Assembly: GCF_023055435.1 (NCBI RefSeq)
Contig: NW_025963802.1
Span: 42,470,001 to 42,534,000 of the forward strand
Direction: 5' to 3'
From: Haliotis rufescens
Taxonomy: Eukaryota
DNA: 64,000 nt
This document shows positions 13,763-27,633 of the stretch, in pieces. The position numbers and the translations under genes are program-made. The notes beneath the pieces were generated by a model. That model had not been told where the DNA came from, did not search any database, and saw only the letters and a list, made by a program, of their open reading frames with translations. Position 1 is the stretch's first letter, and each line of letters begins with the position of its first letter.

Positions 13763-14311
13763 TACAATGTTGGCCCAATATCAGCATCCCAACATTTTAG
13801 GAAACATTGGACCAATATCAGTGTGTTTTGTGTAAGCTTATATAAATATTTATACAAGGAATTGTTTCCCCAGATATTAACATTGAACTATGAAATAGAC
13901 ATTATATAGCTCCTGACAACAGTAATGTTAGCCTTTATGATTGGAATTAAACGAAACTTATACATGATCTGTAGGTTGTGGATGTGATGAGATTTTGGGT
14001 GACCTCAGGTGCCAGGTGTCATGGATATATACAATGTGAAGGTCGTATTCATGAACAAATAGGGCAAGACATGTAGTTTAATTATAAAGTATATGAATAT
14101 TCATTTAACTGACTAAGGTTGGTGGTCGCAAGATCACTCGTTATGACACTGAAAAAATGTCAGACAAAAAAAACATTCCTTGAATTTCTCTATCCAGCCA
14201 GATCAGTCAATCTTAAGGTAATCAAGCAGAGGTCCACCAAATTTCTGCTTTTTATTTGCTATGCATGTCATTGAAGTGTCACATTGTGAGCCTCTTTTCT
14301 TTGTTCTCTAG

Positions 14312-14411
14312 TTATGGCTACCCGGACCCAGAGTACCTGAAGAGAGTCCAGGAGGAGCTTGCTGCTAAAGGGGTGACTGAGGCGGACATTAAGTGGAGCA
14401 CACCAGTGTGA
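14312..14411 (+). CDS. DTX3L-like gene 1, last coding exon
   Basis: Phase-2 acceptor matches the previous donor; YGYPDPEYLKRVQEELAAKGVTEADIKWSTPV*. Confidence 0.95.
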
Positions 14412-15849
14412 GGGTTCTACGTACCCTTTACAATGAGATTTCTCATCATTTTCAACAAGTGTTCAGTGTGGGAAGCCAATTTACATACCATGATGTTGCA
14501 ACTGTGTTGCCAATAGAAGCATAAAAGTTATCTTTGTTATTCACTCTTTCATTTGAGATGTCTATATCAGAGCAATTACCACTGTTGACATTATACATGT
14601 AGCTGCACAGTCTGTTGCAGGTCCCTGAACTTAAATCCCTTATCTTAGTACCTAATTATTTCCAAAATAGGTGGACAGGTATCCCACAGTGTGTTGTTGG
14701 ATATCATGTGGAAAAATGGTGTTCCCTACCAAGATATTATGTGTAACTTCCCTAGAATATATTCTGTGTATAGACATGTACTACAAATTGTATTCCAATG
14801 TTGCTTATGTATGATAGCTAAATTATGTTATATAGTTTCTACTTAGACATGATGACCTTGTTTTGTGTTGCACCAATCATCACATCACACCTACAGGAAT
14901 GGAACTTATGAGTGTTTTTACTGTTTTATTGGGCAACTTTAAAAGTCATCAGACCTTATTCAAAATATATGCCCAATCCTTGCAAAACATGATTTATTTC
15001 ACAATGTGTTGATGGATATGGAATTTTATCTTATCAGTGTCACATGTTTACATGCATTAGTTTCAAGATAACAGGTTTAGAAAGTCACCACTTGTGTTAA
15101 TGTTGACCTTTATGTGTGATGTTCTAATGAAAAAATACTTTCTAAGTAACTATCATGGTTATATTGTGGGTACATTATGCTATGCCTTAACAAAACAGTC
15201 TGTATTCCATGTATGTGTAACTTAAAATCTAACATTTGTAAATAACAGTTCTGCTAAAAAATACTGTGTAGAGTTTAGAGCGTAGGATAACCCATTGTCA
15301 GTAATTATACAGCATTTATGTATTGCCATTGTTTAAGAAACACTTGAATTTTATTCAGCCCATTCTTGTTGTCTCCTACCATTGTATGGCTGCCATAATG
15401 CTACAAGCAGGGTTCATGGTTGTGGAAAAATAATATTTTTGTAACAGTAATATTATTTCTTGTGATATATCAGTCACAGAAAATAAATCAATTCAACTGG
15501 CCTTTTCCAGGTTATTCTAAGTTAACACTTCTCAATACTGAATTGACTGTTTATACATGGTGTAGTACTGCAATTGCTAGTAGTGGTTTCATAGAAATGT
15601 CTGGACTTCTATTACAATGCAATATTTTATTGATATAAGATCACAGAAAACTAGCAGAATACCTTAAAAAAGTCGAGGAAATATGTCATGCTAATAGTAT
15701 ATGAGTCTTGTTAACAAGAGCTGTACCACAGCTCACTTTCACTAATCTCTACCCAGTCGTGACCCAGGTCAGCATCAATCCCTAGAACACTTAAAGTGGA
15801 GCAATGAGTCAGGCTCAGTTTCATGGCTAATTCTGTAACCAGACAGAGA

Positions 15850-16030
15850 TGGATTCTTCTGACTTGGTTGATTCATGTCATCGTATCCCAATTGCGTGGA
15901 TGCTCATGATATCAATCACTGGACTGTCTGGTCCAGACTCGATTATTTACATTTTGTTAGTCACTATTTGCCTGTCTTACACTAGATTATTTACACCCCA
16001 CGTAATACACAGCTGGCATATTGCTGACAT
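15850..16030 (+). mobile_element. SINE fragment (family of 52270-52510)
   Basis: GACTTGGTTGA..CATCGTATCCCAATTGCGT..GTCTGGTCCAGACTCGATTATTTAC. Confidence 0.8.
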
Positions 16031-19000
16031 ATTTATATGTATGTGAAGTAGATATGGTATCATTTTATGTTTTAGCCAGTGTAAATATTTACAGAAAACA
16101 GCTTTCTTACACATGTATCATACTTTCTTCAATTGTACATTTTGTCAAGAGTCAACAGATTCCTACATATATTTAGAAAATATATTTGCTGTGTGTACAC
16201 AATGTTCTTCCATACGCCATGGTGATATCTCTTGTTTGTGCTTCAAGTGTCAGAGATAAGGAAGTTGTCTTGGCCATTTGACAGACATGAGTATATGCTG
16301 AGTTGCATGTCCATTTTTCCAGGTCGTGTTTCCAAGTTTGTGTTTGTACTTCTTTTTTCTTTGTACATAGTTGTACATAGAGACAATTGATGAGTAAGGT
16401 CATTTCATTAGAACTCCAGTATGTAGTTATGATACATTCATTGTTTCCTTAGTTTGGATTTTATCTTTACCTTTTAATCGTCGTTACTGATTTTGGTATG
16501 CAAAGTTAAAGATGATGAATTTGTGAAACTACTGGATGGCAAACTGATTTCTGTCCATCACATGGAGGACATGCATGTCCTATCATTGCTTCGATCAGTG
16601 AAAATTCCTTTAACAAGCCTTCTAAGTTTGAAGAGTTCAATAAGATAGCATTTAGACAAATTGCATGAAAACAGGTACCTGTAAATAGTTGACAGAGATG
16701 TTCTTTAGTTTGAAACCTGAACAACATATTATTGCATAACATTCTGGATTTGATTAACAACTACATATACCGTGTGTCGAGCCTGTGTAGTGTGTTGTGA
16801 CCAGTGTGCAGCAGCTGTAACATGTGTTATGAATTAGTACTTTTTGTGTGGTCATGTAATTATATTTTATTCATAGGTAGTTGTCCCCATAAGTGATACC
16901 TACAGGAAGAAATGGAACCCAAAACTTGAACTACAAAACAAGTTATGTGGACAGAAAGATGTCATTTTCGGGTCCTCACCAAATGTCAGAATGACTTGAA
17001 GTGTGTTTGGCCATATGTAAATAAAGCTTAGTAAATAAGGGGTAAGATAGAATTTATGCATTGTTTGTAAATATTCATGGTAAATATAATATTAATGTTA
17101 AAAATGCATAGCCAAACAATTATAACCTTGTAGTGAATGGAACTGGTTTAAAGTTTATTATCTTTGTTTTCAACTGATCATTAATTGATTATAATCAATT
17201 AGTGCATTTAATGTGTGTGATTGTATGATGATTTCATTTGCAGAAAAACCTCAATTCCTCAACTTATCTGAACTTAAGAGTATTTTGTCTGATACTGTTG
17301 TTGCTAAATTGAATTGCATTTGAATAAAACCTTAAAAATTTAATCTTTTAGCATTTTTGCAACAATCCATTTAGCAATGTTGTTCTTATTGTCAATGTTT
17401 TGATATCAAATATATCAAGATCAGTAGTTAAAAGTTAAAAACTCTAGGCCTTGCCAAGTATTGATGTATTCGATATAAAAAAAGCAGAAGCATGAGATTC
17501 TATTTATCATCCAAATTCATTCTTCCATCTGTTTCAGTTAGTAGACAGTAGTAACTAGTGTCTTGAGTGTACAAAATGTAAGTAACCAGCTTCGGTGTCT
17601 GTACAAAATATATTGTAGTGATAGTAAAAGCTGTTTTGTTATGATAAGATGTATTTTGTACCAATAAGATATTTGGTAATGTATTCAATTATTGTATCAT
17701 GTGAACGTTGTTGGGTTTTTTAAAGTGACGCCTGTGAGTTTCTTTTGTAAAACAAAAACATGCCTCTTTGTAAGATGAGAGCTTGAGCTGAATGTTGTAT
17801 TTATCATTCTGGCAGTTGAATTCTTATAGAGCTGTCCTTTTGTACCAATTTCAATGTTTGTTATATTTACTAATGTACTGGAAAGTTTTTTTATTATTCC
17901 AATTATTTCAGTTATTTAAATACTGAAGAAAGCGTTGACTTATGGATTTCAATGCAACATTTCTCACAGATACTTATATATTTTAGCATGTGGTAAAGGT
18001 TCTAACATCTGAAAAATGAAGAAGTTTATAAATCCACAAGTCAATTCTGTCTTCATTGATACTCGAGCTTCTTAAAGATATTGTACTGAAATAATGAATT
18101 CACAACTTTCAGTGTATGGACCAATGTGATTAACCACTTTCTTATTATAAGCCTGTTATCCACACTTACATTAGTTATGTTGTGATTTGGAAAAAGACCT
18201 CAGTTCGGCTTTTTAATGTGAAGATTAGTTCACTATTGATACATTGTATTGTTATCTTTCCATTATTTAGTTATTAGCTACTGTGATATCATTTAGGATG
18301 TCTGCTGGTCTATATTCAAAATATTTAACATTTCATAATATTGGTGTTTTTGGAATCTGGATGATGTAATCTAACTTTACAATTGAAATTTGAATTAATT
18401 CACATTTTGTTTGATATGTTATGCCATATTTTTGACGATTTCACTTTAAATGTATGATTCTAACCTGCATCGTTTGGGCTTTCTTATTTTTTATAGAATA
18501 ACTTAAAGCATGTTGTAAAAGGATTCCCGATTTCAGTTTTGGTTGGCAGTAAACTTATTCCAGCATTCATCCTTAATTTATTTAAAGTTGTTATGATTAA
18601 TAATATACTATTTGATTTTGTTTATTGAGTATAACCAACCTCATATTTGTATGAAGACTCATATTATCTGATCAAATATATATTTCTGAAACCACAACCA
18701 AAACGGTTCCGTAGTGCTCTGACTCTATAATGGGCATCCATATATCTTTTCCACAATAGTGATATATTCTGTAACTTTCTTCTTCACATAAATGTTTGCC
18801 TAAGTGAAATTTTGGATTTTTTAAGAAGTGATCTAAATTTGAAACTGCTGACTCAAACTGAACAACTCATCACAAGGTTGATATGCTGCTATCGTACTTG
18901 CGAAATATCAATGATGCTAAAATCTATTTTGTACCAATGTTACTGACACGAATATTTGTTTGTTACTAATGTATAACCAGCAAAGGACTACATACCTTGA

Positions 19001-21502
19001 CTTGCTTGTGTGGAGTATTGTTTTGTTTCTAATTCAATTGGTCAATAGTTTATCGGTTTTTGCAATGTCATTTAACAGTTTTTCCTATTAAACAGCAGCA
19101 TAAGTGCTCTCACAATACGATTGTTTGATAATAATTTCTAAATTGTTTGTGTTCATCAGGTAGGACCTACTTCGGGATTTAATTGGAATTGGTTGAGAAA
19201 AGATCCATTGTTTTGATTTCCAGTTGGATTATATGGCTTGATGTAGAGGCCCCTCTTGTTGGCCTCTTAAACAATTCACACCTCCAGAAGTGTTTGAAAA
19301 TAAGAAAGATCAAGCTGAACCCAAATTATTCAGTATTTTGTTGATTTGAAGAAAAAATCATATAAAACAAGTTCCATGTAAAAGATAGAGGATGAGTGAT
19401 GGCACTTTATTGGGATGTAAAGGCACAGTTGCAAGAAGAAAGAGTTAGGCAAAGCACAGCGAAATGCTTGAGTTTCACTTATGCATTGCAGCAGGAATTT
19501 TGAATCATGATTTGTCTCACCAAGTACCAAGCCACACAATGGTAGTGACACAACCCTTTGGTTGTACTTTCAATTGATTCGGTGCTTGGCACTTAGTTCA
19601 GTCAGGAGCAAATGTGTTCCAGATAAAATATGACAAAACTGTGAAAGCAGAACCTTCTAGAACCAAATAGGTAGACTGGGCATATGATCCCCAAGGATAG
19701 GAGAATGCAAATAAATTTATATGGATCAGTTAGCTGGAGAACTGTTGTGTGGAATGAGGACAGTACAAATGTTCATATGATTATTAGGAAAGACAATAAC
19801 ACTTTTCATACAAACATAGTCTATATCCAATATTGACTACAATTTGCCCGTAATATAACTTTGTGATATTCCATATTAGTTTTCAGATTTAGTCATGTAG
19901 ATGATATTATTTGAGGTTGAAATATTCTCTATAATGTAATTGAACTGTAATGGTATTATGATGATTTTCATATACATACAATAATATATTGGTGATACAA
20001 GAAGATATATATGTATTGTGCAAATGGCCTTATCCCTCTGGAAATATTTTATTTAGCTATAACATATCTTCTATGTCTGAAATAATTCATGAAGTATCTG
20101 TTTTGAACAAGAATACAGTAAAGATTCAATATTTCTGTAAAAAGTTGGTATGTATTGATCACAGAGGGATGAGGTGATTTTACCGCGTATTTAGTATTCA
20201 GATTTTTTTTTCTGGTGTGCGGTTTGCTTAAATTATAACTTAGTTAGGAAAATGTCAATCTTACATTCGTGGAATATGCTTACCAGGACGTATGTGATCT
20301 TTAACTAAGTAAGTCACATCTGAACTCATAAAAGCGGTCTCTACGTGCATCTGTGCTGTACTCCTAAGAAGGGACTATTGTCTTGTAAACCATCTGAAGA
20401 AGTTTGTTTTGTGAGGTTGTTACATTTTCCTCTGCTTTGCTTGAATAAAATTTAAAGAAACGGATACAAACTTGCTTGTTATTTATGGATATGAAATACC
20501 TCAATTTTGCAAATTAGTTTCTGTTTCTGAGCGACCATTTAATATTTGGGAGTGTTGGGTTGATCGACTGTTTGTGATAATGATATAAACAAATTATTAT
20601 TAACGTTTTGTTGCTTTCAGGTGTTCACTTCTAATAACATCATGTTAACTCAATGTGTGACAAGCTGATAAGCAAACCGAGAAAACATAGCCTCCTTGAA
20701 AGGACATACATGTCCTCTGCGTGTCCGTTTTAATGGTGTCATTGATAAATTCGCTCTTGGAAGATGAATATTGGTTCAAGTGGCCTTATCCATTCAAAAG
20801 ATATCTCTACTTAAGTGTTTTAAGTCTATTTGGAAGATGCATGTGTTTTCCGGGCAATGGAAATAATTTGGTTTATATCAGTTTGTTTTTAAAGTTATGG
20901 CTTATATTTGGAATGCCGAAAACCATTTCTTTTCTTGTTTCATTTTTAGCAACTTTCAAACGTAGGTGTATACATTCTTTTGCTCCGAAGTTTATATCAT
21001 GAGTGTGTGTTTCGGCAACGGTAGTGGGTGTGGGCTGATGATATACATACCAAATCTCCCAATGCATTTGCCTTGTTACGACGTAAATTGTAATAAAAAG
21101 GTAAATTGTAATACTTGCAGCAAATTGTAATAATTTTGACGTAGATTGTAATAACAACGTAAATTGTAATAAAATTTGACGTAAATTGTAATATGCAAAT
21201 TGTAATACAAATTGACGTAAATTGTAATAATCTCTACTTGCGGTAAAATGTAATAAATTCTTACGTAAATTGTAATAACCTTACTACCGTAGTGTCCAAG
21301 ACGCCAATTGACGAGAAATGATCTTTGTCAGTTGAGCTTGTGTTTCACATGTACAATTCGAGAAATACTGTGTATGATGACAAACGTACAAAACTGTTAA
21401 GTTAGGGATGGTTGGTATAGGCTTTATCGTACAATCGTCATTAAAGGGTGGTATCAACATAGTGAAAGACATTTATTGGAAGTGATGTGATGTTTGTGGC
21501 AT

Positions 21503-21695
21503 GCTATCATCTACGTAGAAGATACTACCATCTGCGTAGAAAATACTATCATCTACGTAGAAGATACTCTCATCTACGTAGAAGATACTTTCATCTACGT
21601 ATATGATAGTATCTTCTACGTAGATGATAGTATGCCATCTAGATACTATCGTCCACTTACATACTTTCATCTACGTACATGATACTGTCATCTAG
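21503..21695. repeat. 21-bp minisatellite (TACTATCATCTACGTAGAAGA)
   Basis: About 8 direct copies. Confidence 0.9.
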
Positions 21696-21775
21696 AGTAT
21701 GTAGAAGTGCAGTCATATATGTGATACCAATGACACAGAGCTCACATTTACTGTCATTACATACACACCTACATG

Positions 21776-21912
21776 NNNNNNNNNNNNNNNNNNNNNNNNN
21801 NNNNNNNNNNNNNNNNNNNNNNNNNNNNNNNNNNNNNNNNNNNNNNNNNNNNNNNNNNNNNNNNNNNNNNNNNNNNNNNNNNNNNNNNNNNNNNNNNNNN
21901 NNNNNNNNNNNN
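21776..21912. other. Assembly gap
   Basis: Run of N. Confidence 1.
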
Positions 21913-22383
21913 CCCAATCTGAGGTTTCTTAGATAGTTACTAGTCTTTTCGTCAGAATTTTAACAAAGTATGTTGTAATTTCATTACAGTGCTTGTTGTT
22001 TGTTGGAATTACTTTAATCCTCTTAAACCCCAGAGGAGGTTATGCTTTCAGGGCATTATTGTCCGTCTCAAATTAGTGATAAAAAATGAAAAACGTATTA
22101 TCTACGAAGAATATACTTATGTCTTTGTTGGACATACTTTTGTCTACGTAGAAGATACGTTTATCTAATGTATTTGCTACATTCTAATTCGTATATCTAC
22201 AGGTTTGTGTTTCTATTTTATCTTTTAAAATATCTTACTTTGTTCATTTGTTACATTTTGCATAACCTTTAATTGCTCATATCAGCATTTTTGTGGGACC
22301 TCTCACAAAGTAGTGTCACTCATCTTTCACTTGGAACTATATGTAGAAGTGCAGTCATAGATCTGATACCAATGACATATAGA

Positions 22384-22577
22384 NNNNNNNNNNNNNNNNN
22401 NNNNNNNNNNNNNNNNNNNNNNNNNNNNNNNNNNNNNNNNNNNNNNNNNNNNNNNNNNNNNNNNNNNNNNNNNNNNNNNNNNNNNNNNNNNNNNNNNNNN
22501 NNNNNNNNNNNNNNNNNNNNNNNNNNNNNNNNNNNNNNNNNNNNNNNNNNNNNNNNNNNNNNNNNNNNNNNNNNNNN
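22384..22577. other. Assembly gap
   Basis: Run of N; flanks resemble those of the previous gap, suggesting an unresolved tandem duplication. Confidence 1.
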
Positions 22578-24129
22578 TATCGGAGATAAATATAATTTGG
22601 TTTCTTAGTTAGTCATTATTCTTTTCATTGGAATGTTAAGATGGTATGCTATAACTTCAATATTTTATTACAGTGCTTGATGTTAGCTGGAATTATTTTA
22701 ATCCTCTTAAACCCCCAGAGAAGATTATCCTCTGAGGTAATTTTTGTCCGTATATATGTCACAAATTAGTGATAACTTATGAAAAACGTAATTATCTGTT
22801 TCGAAAATTATGTACCGCATTATACGAGAGGTACCAAATTTGGTATCAAGGTTGCTTGGCGCAATCAATCAACGATTTGTCGAGTTTAATGATCTTAGAG
22901 TACTCTTCGTATAAGGTCAAAGAGAATATTTACGTTAGTGACAAAACCCTTTTCATTATAGATTTTCCATCCTTTCAATTTTGATCAAAACAAATATATT
23001 TCAGCAATAATTGATTGCCACAAATTTTATTATACATTCTGATGCTCTTTGAAACTCAACAAGACATGCCCGAAGATACCGGATATTAATTTTGTATGCT
23101 TTGAATTATGATTTCGTGCCGTTATCATGATGGATTCTGTTTTTTGTTGTTGGGGCAAGGAGTTATTATCCCAGCAAAAGTTGTCAGTAAGTTGTTGTTA
23201 GTTCTTCATGACATATGAAAGGAATCCAGACAGTTACATTTATTCATTTATTTCATTAAATATACTTCTTGTTATGAAAGGAAATATTTTATGCTATATT
23301 AATTATCCATATGTTAATCATATATTGCTACAAATATTGCATAAGTTAACATGGTTTGCATTTATTTATTATTATTTCTTTATCTGTGAGAAGTTCACAG
23401 AGATCGAGAATACACAATATCTAATAGTATATGCAATGTAGGTAAAAAATATCCACGCCCCTCTTTTGATATTAATAAAAACATTGTATATAATGTTATG
23501 TATTAAGTATTCTCCTTTCCCATGCATGGGAAATCTATGCTGCATTTGCTGACGACTGGTTTTTTTCATTTGACATTGCACAGGAGATTTGTCACTCATT
23601 TGATGTATTTGAATTCTTCGTCAAAATATAATACAAAACACACAGAGTATTTCTCAAATAAATAAGAAAACTAAGTTCATTCTAGTAATTAATCCTCTTC
23701 TGGACAACCATAGAAATGAAATTCCAATGCGTATATATATACATATAATTATACAACAATTCACGATAACGACCTCAATCCTCCCCCACACCCATACTTT
23801 AATGACAATTGTACGATAAACACTGTACAAACCCTGACAAGGATAGGTTCTAGTCATTTAACGCCTTTGACACTAAACTTATAAGGTTATTACAATTTAC
23901 GTAAAAAGTTATTACATTTTACCGCAAGTTGAGATTATTACAATTTACGTCAATTTTTATTACAATTTGCGTATTACAATTTACGTCAAATTTTATTACA
24001 ATTTACGTTGTTATTACAATTTACGTCAAAATTATTACAATTTGCTGCAAGTATTACAATTTACCTTTTTATTACAATTTACGTCGTAACATGCCTGTAT
24101 CCTTTCCTATTTTGCATCAATCCATGTGT

Positions 24130-24680
24130 CATAGTGCCCCGACGACGTGGATCATTGCTCGTAATACCTCACTGGATTGTCTGGTCCAGATTCGATTATT
24201 TGCAGGCCGTTTTCATACAGCTGGAATATTGCTGAGTGCAGCGTTAAGCAAAAAACTCTATTTTCTCCCTCCCGACAATACCTTTAAAGGATCCGTCAAA
24301 CAACAACAGAATTCCAATAAAAATATTTCGACATCCAATGGTGTTTTTGAAATAAAAATATTTTTTGAAACGAATATAATTAGTAGTACTTGTGTGTTTA
24401 TGTTGATAATTCCAGAAATAAAGTTTGTACCGATTGTACATTTTTATGGAGATATAATTCTCTGCATGTGAAGTATCTTGACAATGCTAATAGTACTTAA
24501 CTCAGTGGTCAAACTAGTGACTCTAGTCGACTGAATATGAATGGTAAGCCCTGTATTACAGATAATCTGTCATGATATCAATCACTGGATTGACTAATCC
24601 GGACTCGATTATTTACAGACCGCCGTCATATAGCTTGATTATTGCTGAGCGCTGCGTTAAGCATCAAACAAACAAACAGA
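24130..24680 (+). mobile_element. Two SINE 3' fragments (family of 52270-52510)
   Basis: CACTGGATTG..GACTCGATTATTTACAG..GCTGAG..GCGTTAAGCA at ~24170-24250 and ~24570-24680. Confidence 0.75.
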
Positions 24681-24896
24681 TACTCTGAGGATGTCATATT
24701 GTGATATAATGTGACGCTTAGACCACATACGGCTTTTTCCATTTGACGAGAGGCCGGTCACATGACCGCGAAACTGAGGGTCATAAGCGTATGGACGACA
24801 TATTTTGACATTCAGACACGAGAATGTATTCTTGAAATGACGTAAACACTGACAGACTACATCCACACTCCTGGGGATACCCTGGCGAACAAAACG

Positions 24897-25033
24897 AGTG
24901 AATGAGATAATTGAGTATGGTTTTACGCTGATTTTAGGAATATTCCAGCATTATCACGGAGGGGGACACCAGAATTTCACACATTGTACCCACATGGGGA
25001 ATCGAACCCGGGTCTTCTGCGTGACGAACGAAC
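24897..25033 (-). mobile_element. Short tRNA-derived SINE (CORE-like), 5' truncated
   Basis: GGAATCGAACCCGG B-box reverse complement; matches the copy at 38213-38353. Confidence 0.8.
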
Positions 25034-25302
25034 GCATAAACCACTAGGCTACTTAAAATGATTTGTGTCCATCAATACATGTATGTTGTTCCTGTATGCC
25101 TAGTAAAATTTCTCTCATACAGGAAGCGGTCAATAAAAGTATATCTGATTACTATGTAACCTGTTTTAGTTAACTGGTTAGATAGGTCGACCAACATCTT
25201 AGTGTCTGAGCTGACAGTGACAGTGACATTCACTTACTAAGTAAATTTACAAAGTATTGCTGTCAGTGTAGACTGACAGTGAGAGCCTACCGCAATCTAT
25301 GA

Positions 25303-25659
25303 GGTGAGGTGAGGTGAAATTGGGTTTAAGGTCGCGTCCAAGATTATTGCACTTATATAGCGACGTGCATGCACGTGTATGTGTGTGTGTGGCTGCTTGT
25401 ACTAGTCCGGACTGATGCCGATTTATAGTGCTAGCTCACTGAGATACCATGCCGCAGTTCAACATGAATACCCCACTCAGACACAGTATACTGACTCCGA
25501 GCCGACCAGTCCTTGTTTTAGCCCCTTAATGCCGAGCGCCAGACAGGGTAACAACAAGTACAATCTTTTAACGTCTTTTTGTATGACGCGGCCCGGGATC
25601 AAACCCTGGACCTTCCGCTCTCCGGGCGGACGCTCTACCACAAGACCACGGAGGCGGTC
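25303..25659 (-). mobile_element. Full-length tRNA-derived Meta-type SINE
   Basis: A/B boxes, (CACCT)n tail, TSD CCGCAATCTATGA on both sides. Confidence 0.93.
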
Positions 25660-26899
25660 CGCAATCTATGAAGTTACATCGGAATATATTTGACACATTT
25701 TTATAATCACCTTTCACTGTATAACGATTACTAATATTTGTAATCGCCGCAGGTTCATCAACAACTTCGGATACCTCTCCCGTCACCTTTATCGTGTCGG
25801 GACATTGTAACGTCCCGTTCTAGATGCAAATGTGATGGCAAATTGAGGTAGTTCTTAACATACCATTTTTCCTCTAATGATGTCATTATAAGAATCTCTT
25901 TGTTGTAACCAAACTACAAAAGATGTTATTTACTGTAGAGTAATTTGAGAAAACACACGCTCTCATGTCACCTCTCCTTTTGAGGAACTTTTGTATTCCT
26001 CGAGTCCCCTGGTTGTTGCATGGCTGTTGCATGTTGCCTGAAGTCACACGAACTAAATAAACTGTACACGTATACATCCTTCCAGGTATACAATACCGAT
26101 AGGCTACCACGTTCATACAGTTTGGCCCTCAGTCCATGAACGTTCATGGTCAATCGCACAAAGTTAATGCCATTCTTAACTAATTAGTTTTAGCAGGCAA
26201 GCACTGGTCCAGGGAAATATCAGTGTAACTCCCGAAGGAGGCAAGGGACTTATTAGGCATGGTAAAAAGACATTTAATATTAACTCGCACTAAATTCATT
26301 ACTTGTATTTAAGAAACCCCTGGGTTGTTTTAAAATCTTCAGGGATTGGGAGCGTATCGTGATATGTAACTCATAAGTTCACTACCTCTCATAATCTTGC
26401 TGGCAAAATTGTATCTGAAAAATGAAGCTTCTGGTCTAAGGCTCATTATTAAGACTGAAAATAACAAGTGAAACTTCTACCAGTAGATGAAATATGGCAA
26501 AGCAGAGTAATAATGTAATGAACACACATAGCACGAGCCTAATCACCCCGACACATCAAGCATCTGCATCAACGTTCACGTTGAAGTCAAAAGAAACAAT
26601 GTTTGACATGTGCCACATAAGACCTAAAGATATGTAATAGCCATCGCCGACGTTGAACCACGCCCACATGTCGCCAGACAACCCATTAGTAAAGGAACAC
26701 AGTGAACTGAAAGCTTGTCATTTTCAGCTTGAGTTTGCCTGTCTCGCAGTCCCCGAAACATTTCACTGTCCCTTCAACCCAGCTCTTACTCTAATTTTAT
26801 TGTGCACCGGTACTCCTTTTCAATTGGTATGTCGTTGTTTGTTTCACATACGGCCGATCGGCGAATCACTGAGGTAATATTGCCAGTTAAGTATGATTG

Positions 26900-27633
26900 T
26901 CCAAGGAAATAGTACATTCCATTATAACAGAAACATTGGCAATGAAAACAGTATCAGGTCGTTCAGTTCCATAGCCTCTGGCATCTGACCCGAGGCACAA
27001 CATGTTTCGTGATACTCTAGCTCTGTTTGAAGATGATCCAGAAAGATTCTTGAAACGATTTGTGACTGTGTATGAGACCTGAGTTCACATTTTCCAGCAT
27101 GAGTCCAAACAACAATCAAAAGTGTGGAAACATTTGACATCACCGCCACCAAAATGGCAAAGACTGTCCCATCACCTGGAAAGGTAGTGGCTTCTGTTTG
27201 TTTGAATGCCGACGGTTGACTATTGTCCAAAAGGCCAGACAATAATCAAAGCGTATTATGATGCTTTATTTTGGCAATTACTTTAAGAATAAGAGAATAT
27301 GAAAATGTGTGGCTACAATGTATGATTGTGGCGTTGAACTCCTTCAGCACCCACTTTCTTCTCCTGATCTCGCTCCTCCAGACTCCCATGTGTTCCTAAA
27401 TAGGAAGAAAACTCTAGCTGGAACCCTGCCACTGGAACGATGACATAGCAGTTGTGGACATTGTTTTTGACAGGTAAGAGAAGGCTTCTACGAAACTGGG
27501 CTCAAATCGCCCAAACACCACTGACAAAAGTGTATCTATTTACAATAGGATTTATACTGACAACTAAATCATGTTAATGTCTTTCGGTGAACTCTTTCTA
27601 TATGAGGCTCAGAACGTATCAAACAGCACTCGT
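26900..27633 (+). mobile_element. mariner-type transposon remnant
   Basis: IVTVYET*VHIFQHESKQQSKVWKH and HP..SPDLAPPD motifs; ends in the TIR-like ..CAAACAGCACTCGTA. Confidence 0.8.

Larger units (their letters stand above)
21074..24091. mobile_element. Non-autonomous Ginger-like/foldback element with ~210-bp internally repetitive TIRs
   Basis: TGTTACG...CGTAACA termini, TIRs built of ACGTAAATTGTAATAA subrepeats, 5-bp TSD TGCCT (21069-21073 / 24092-24096). Confidence 0.85.

Noticed and set aside
23929-24471. 180-aa ORF
   Set aside because: Translates TIR subrepeats and SINE sequence; no protein-like features
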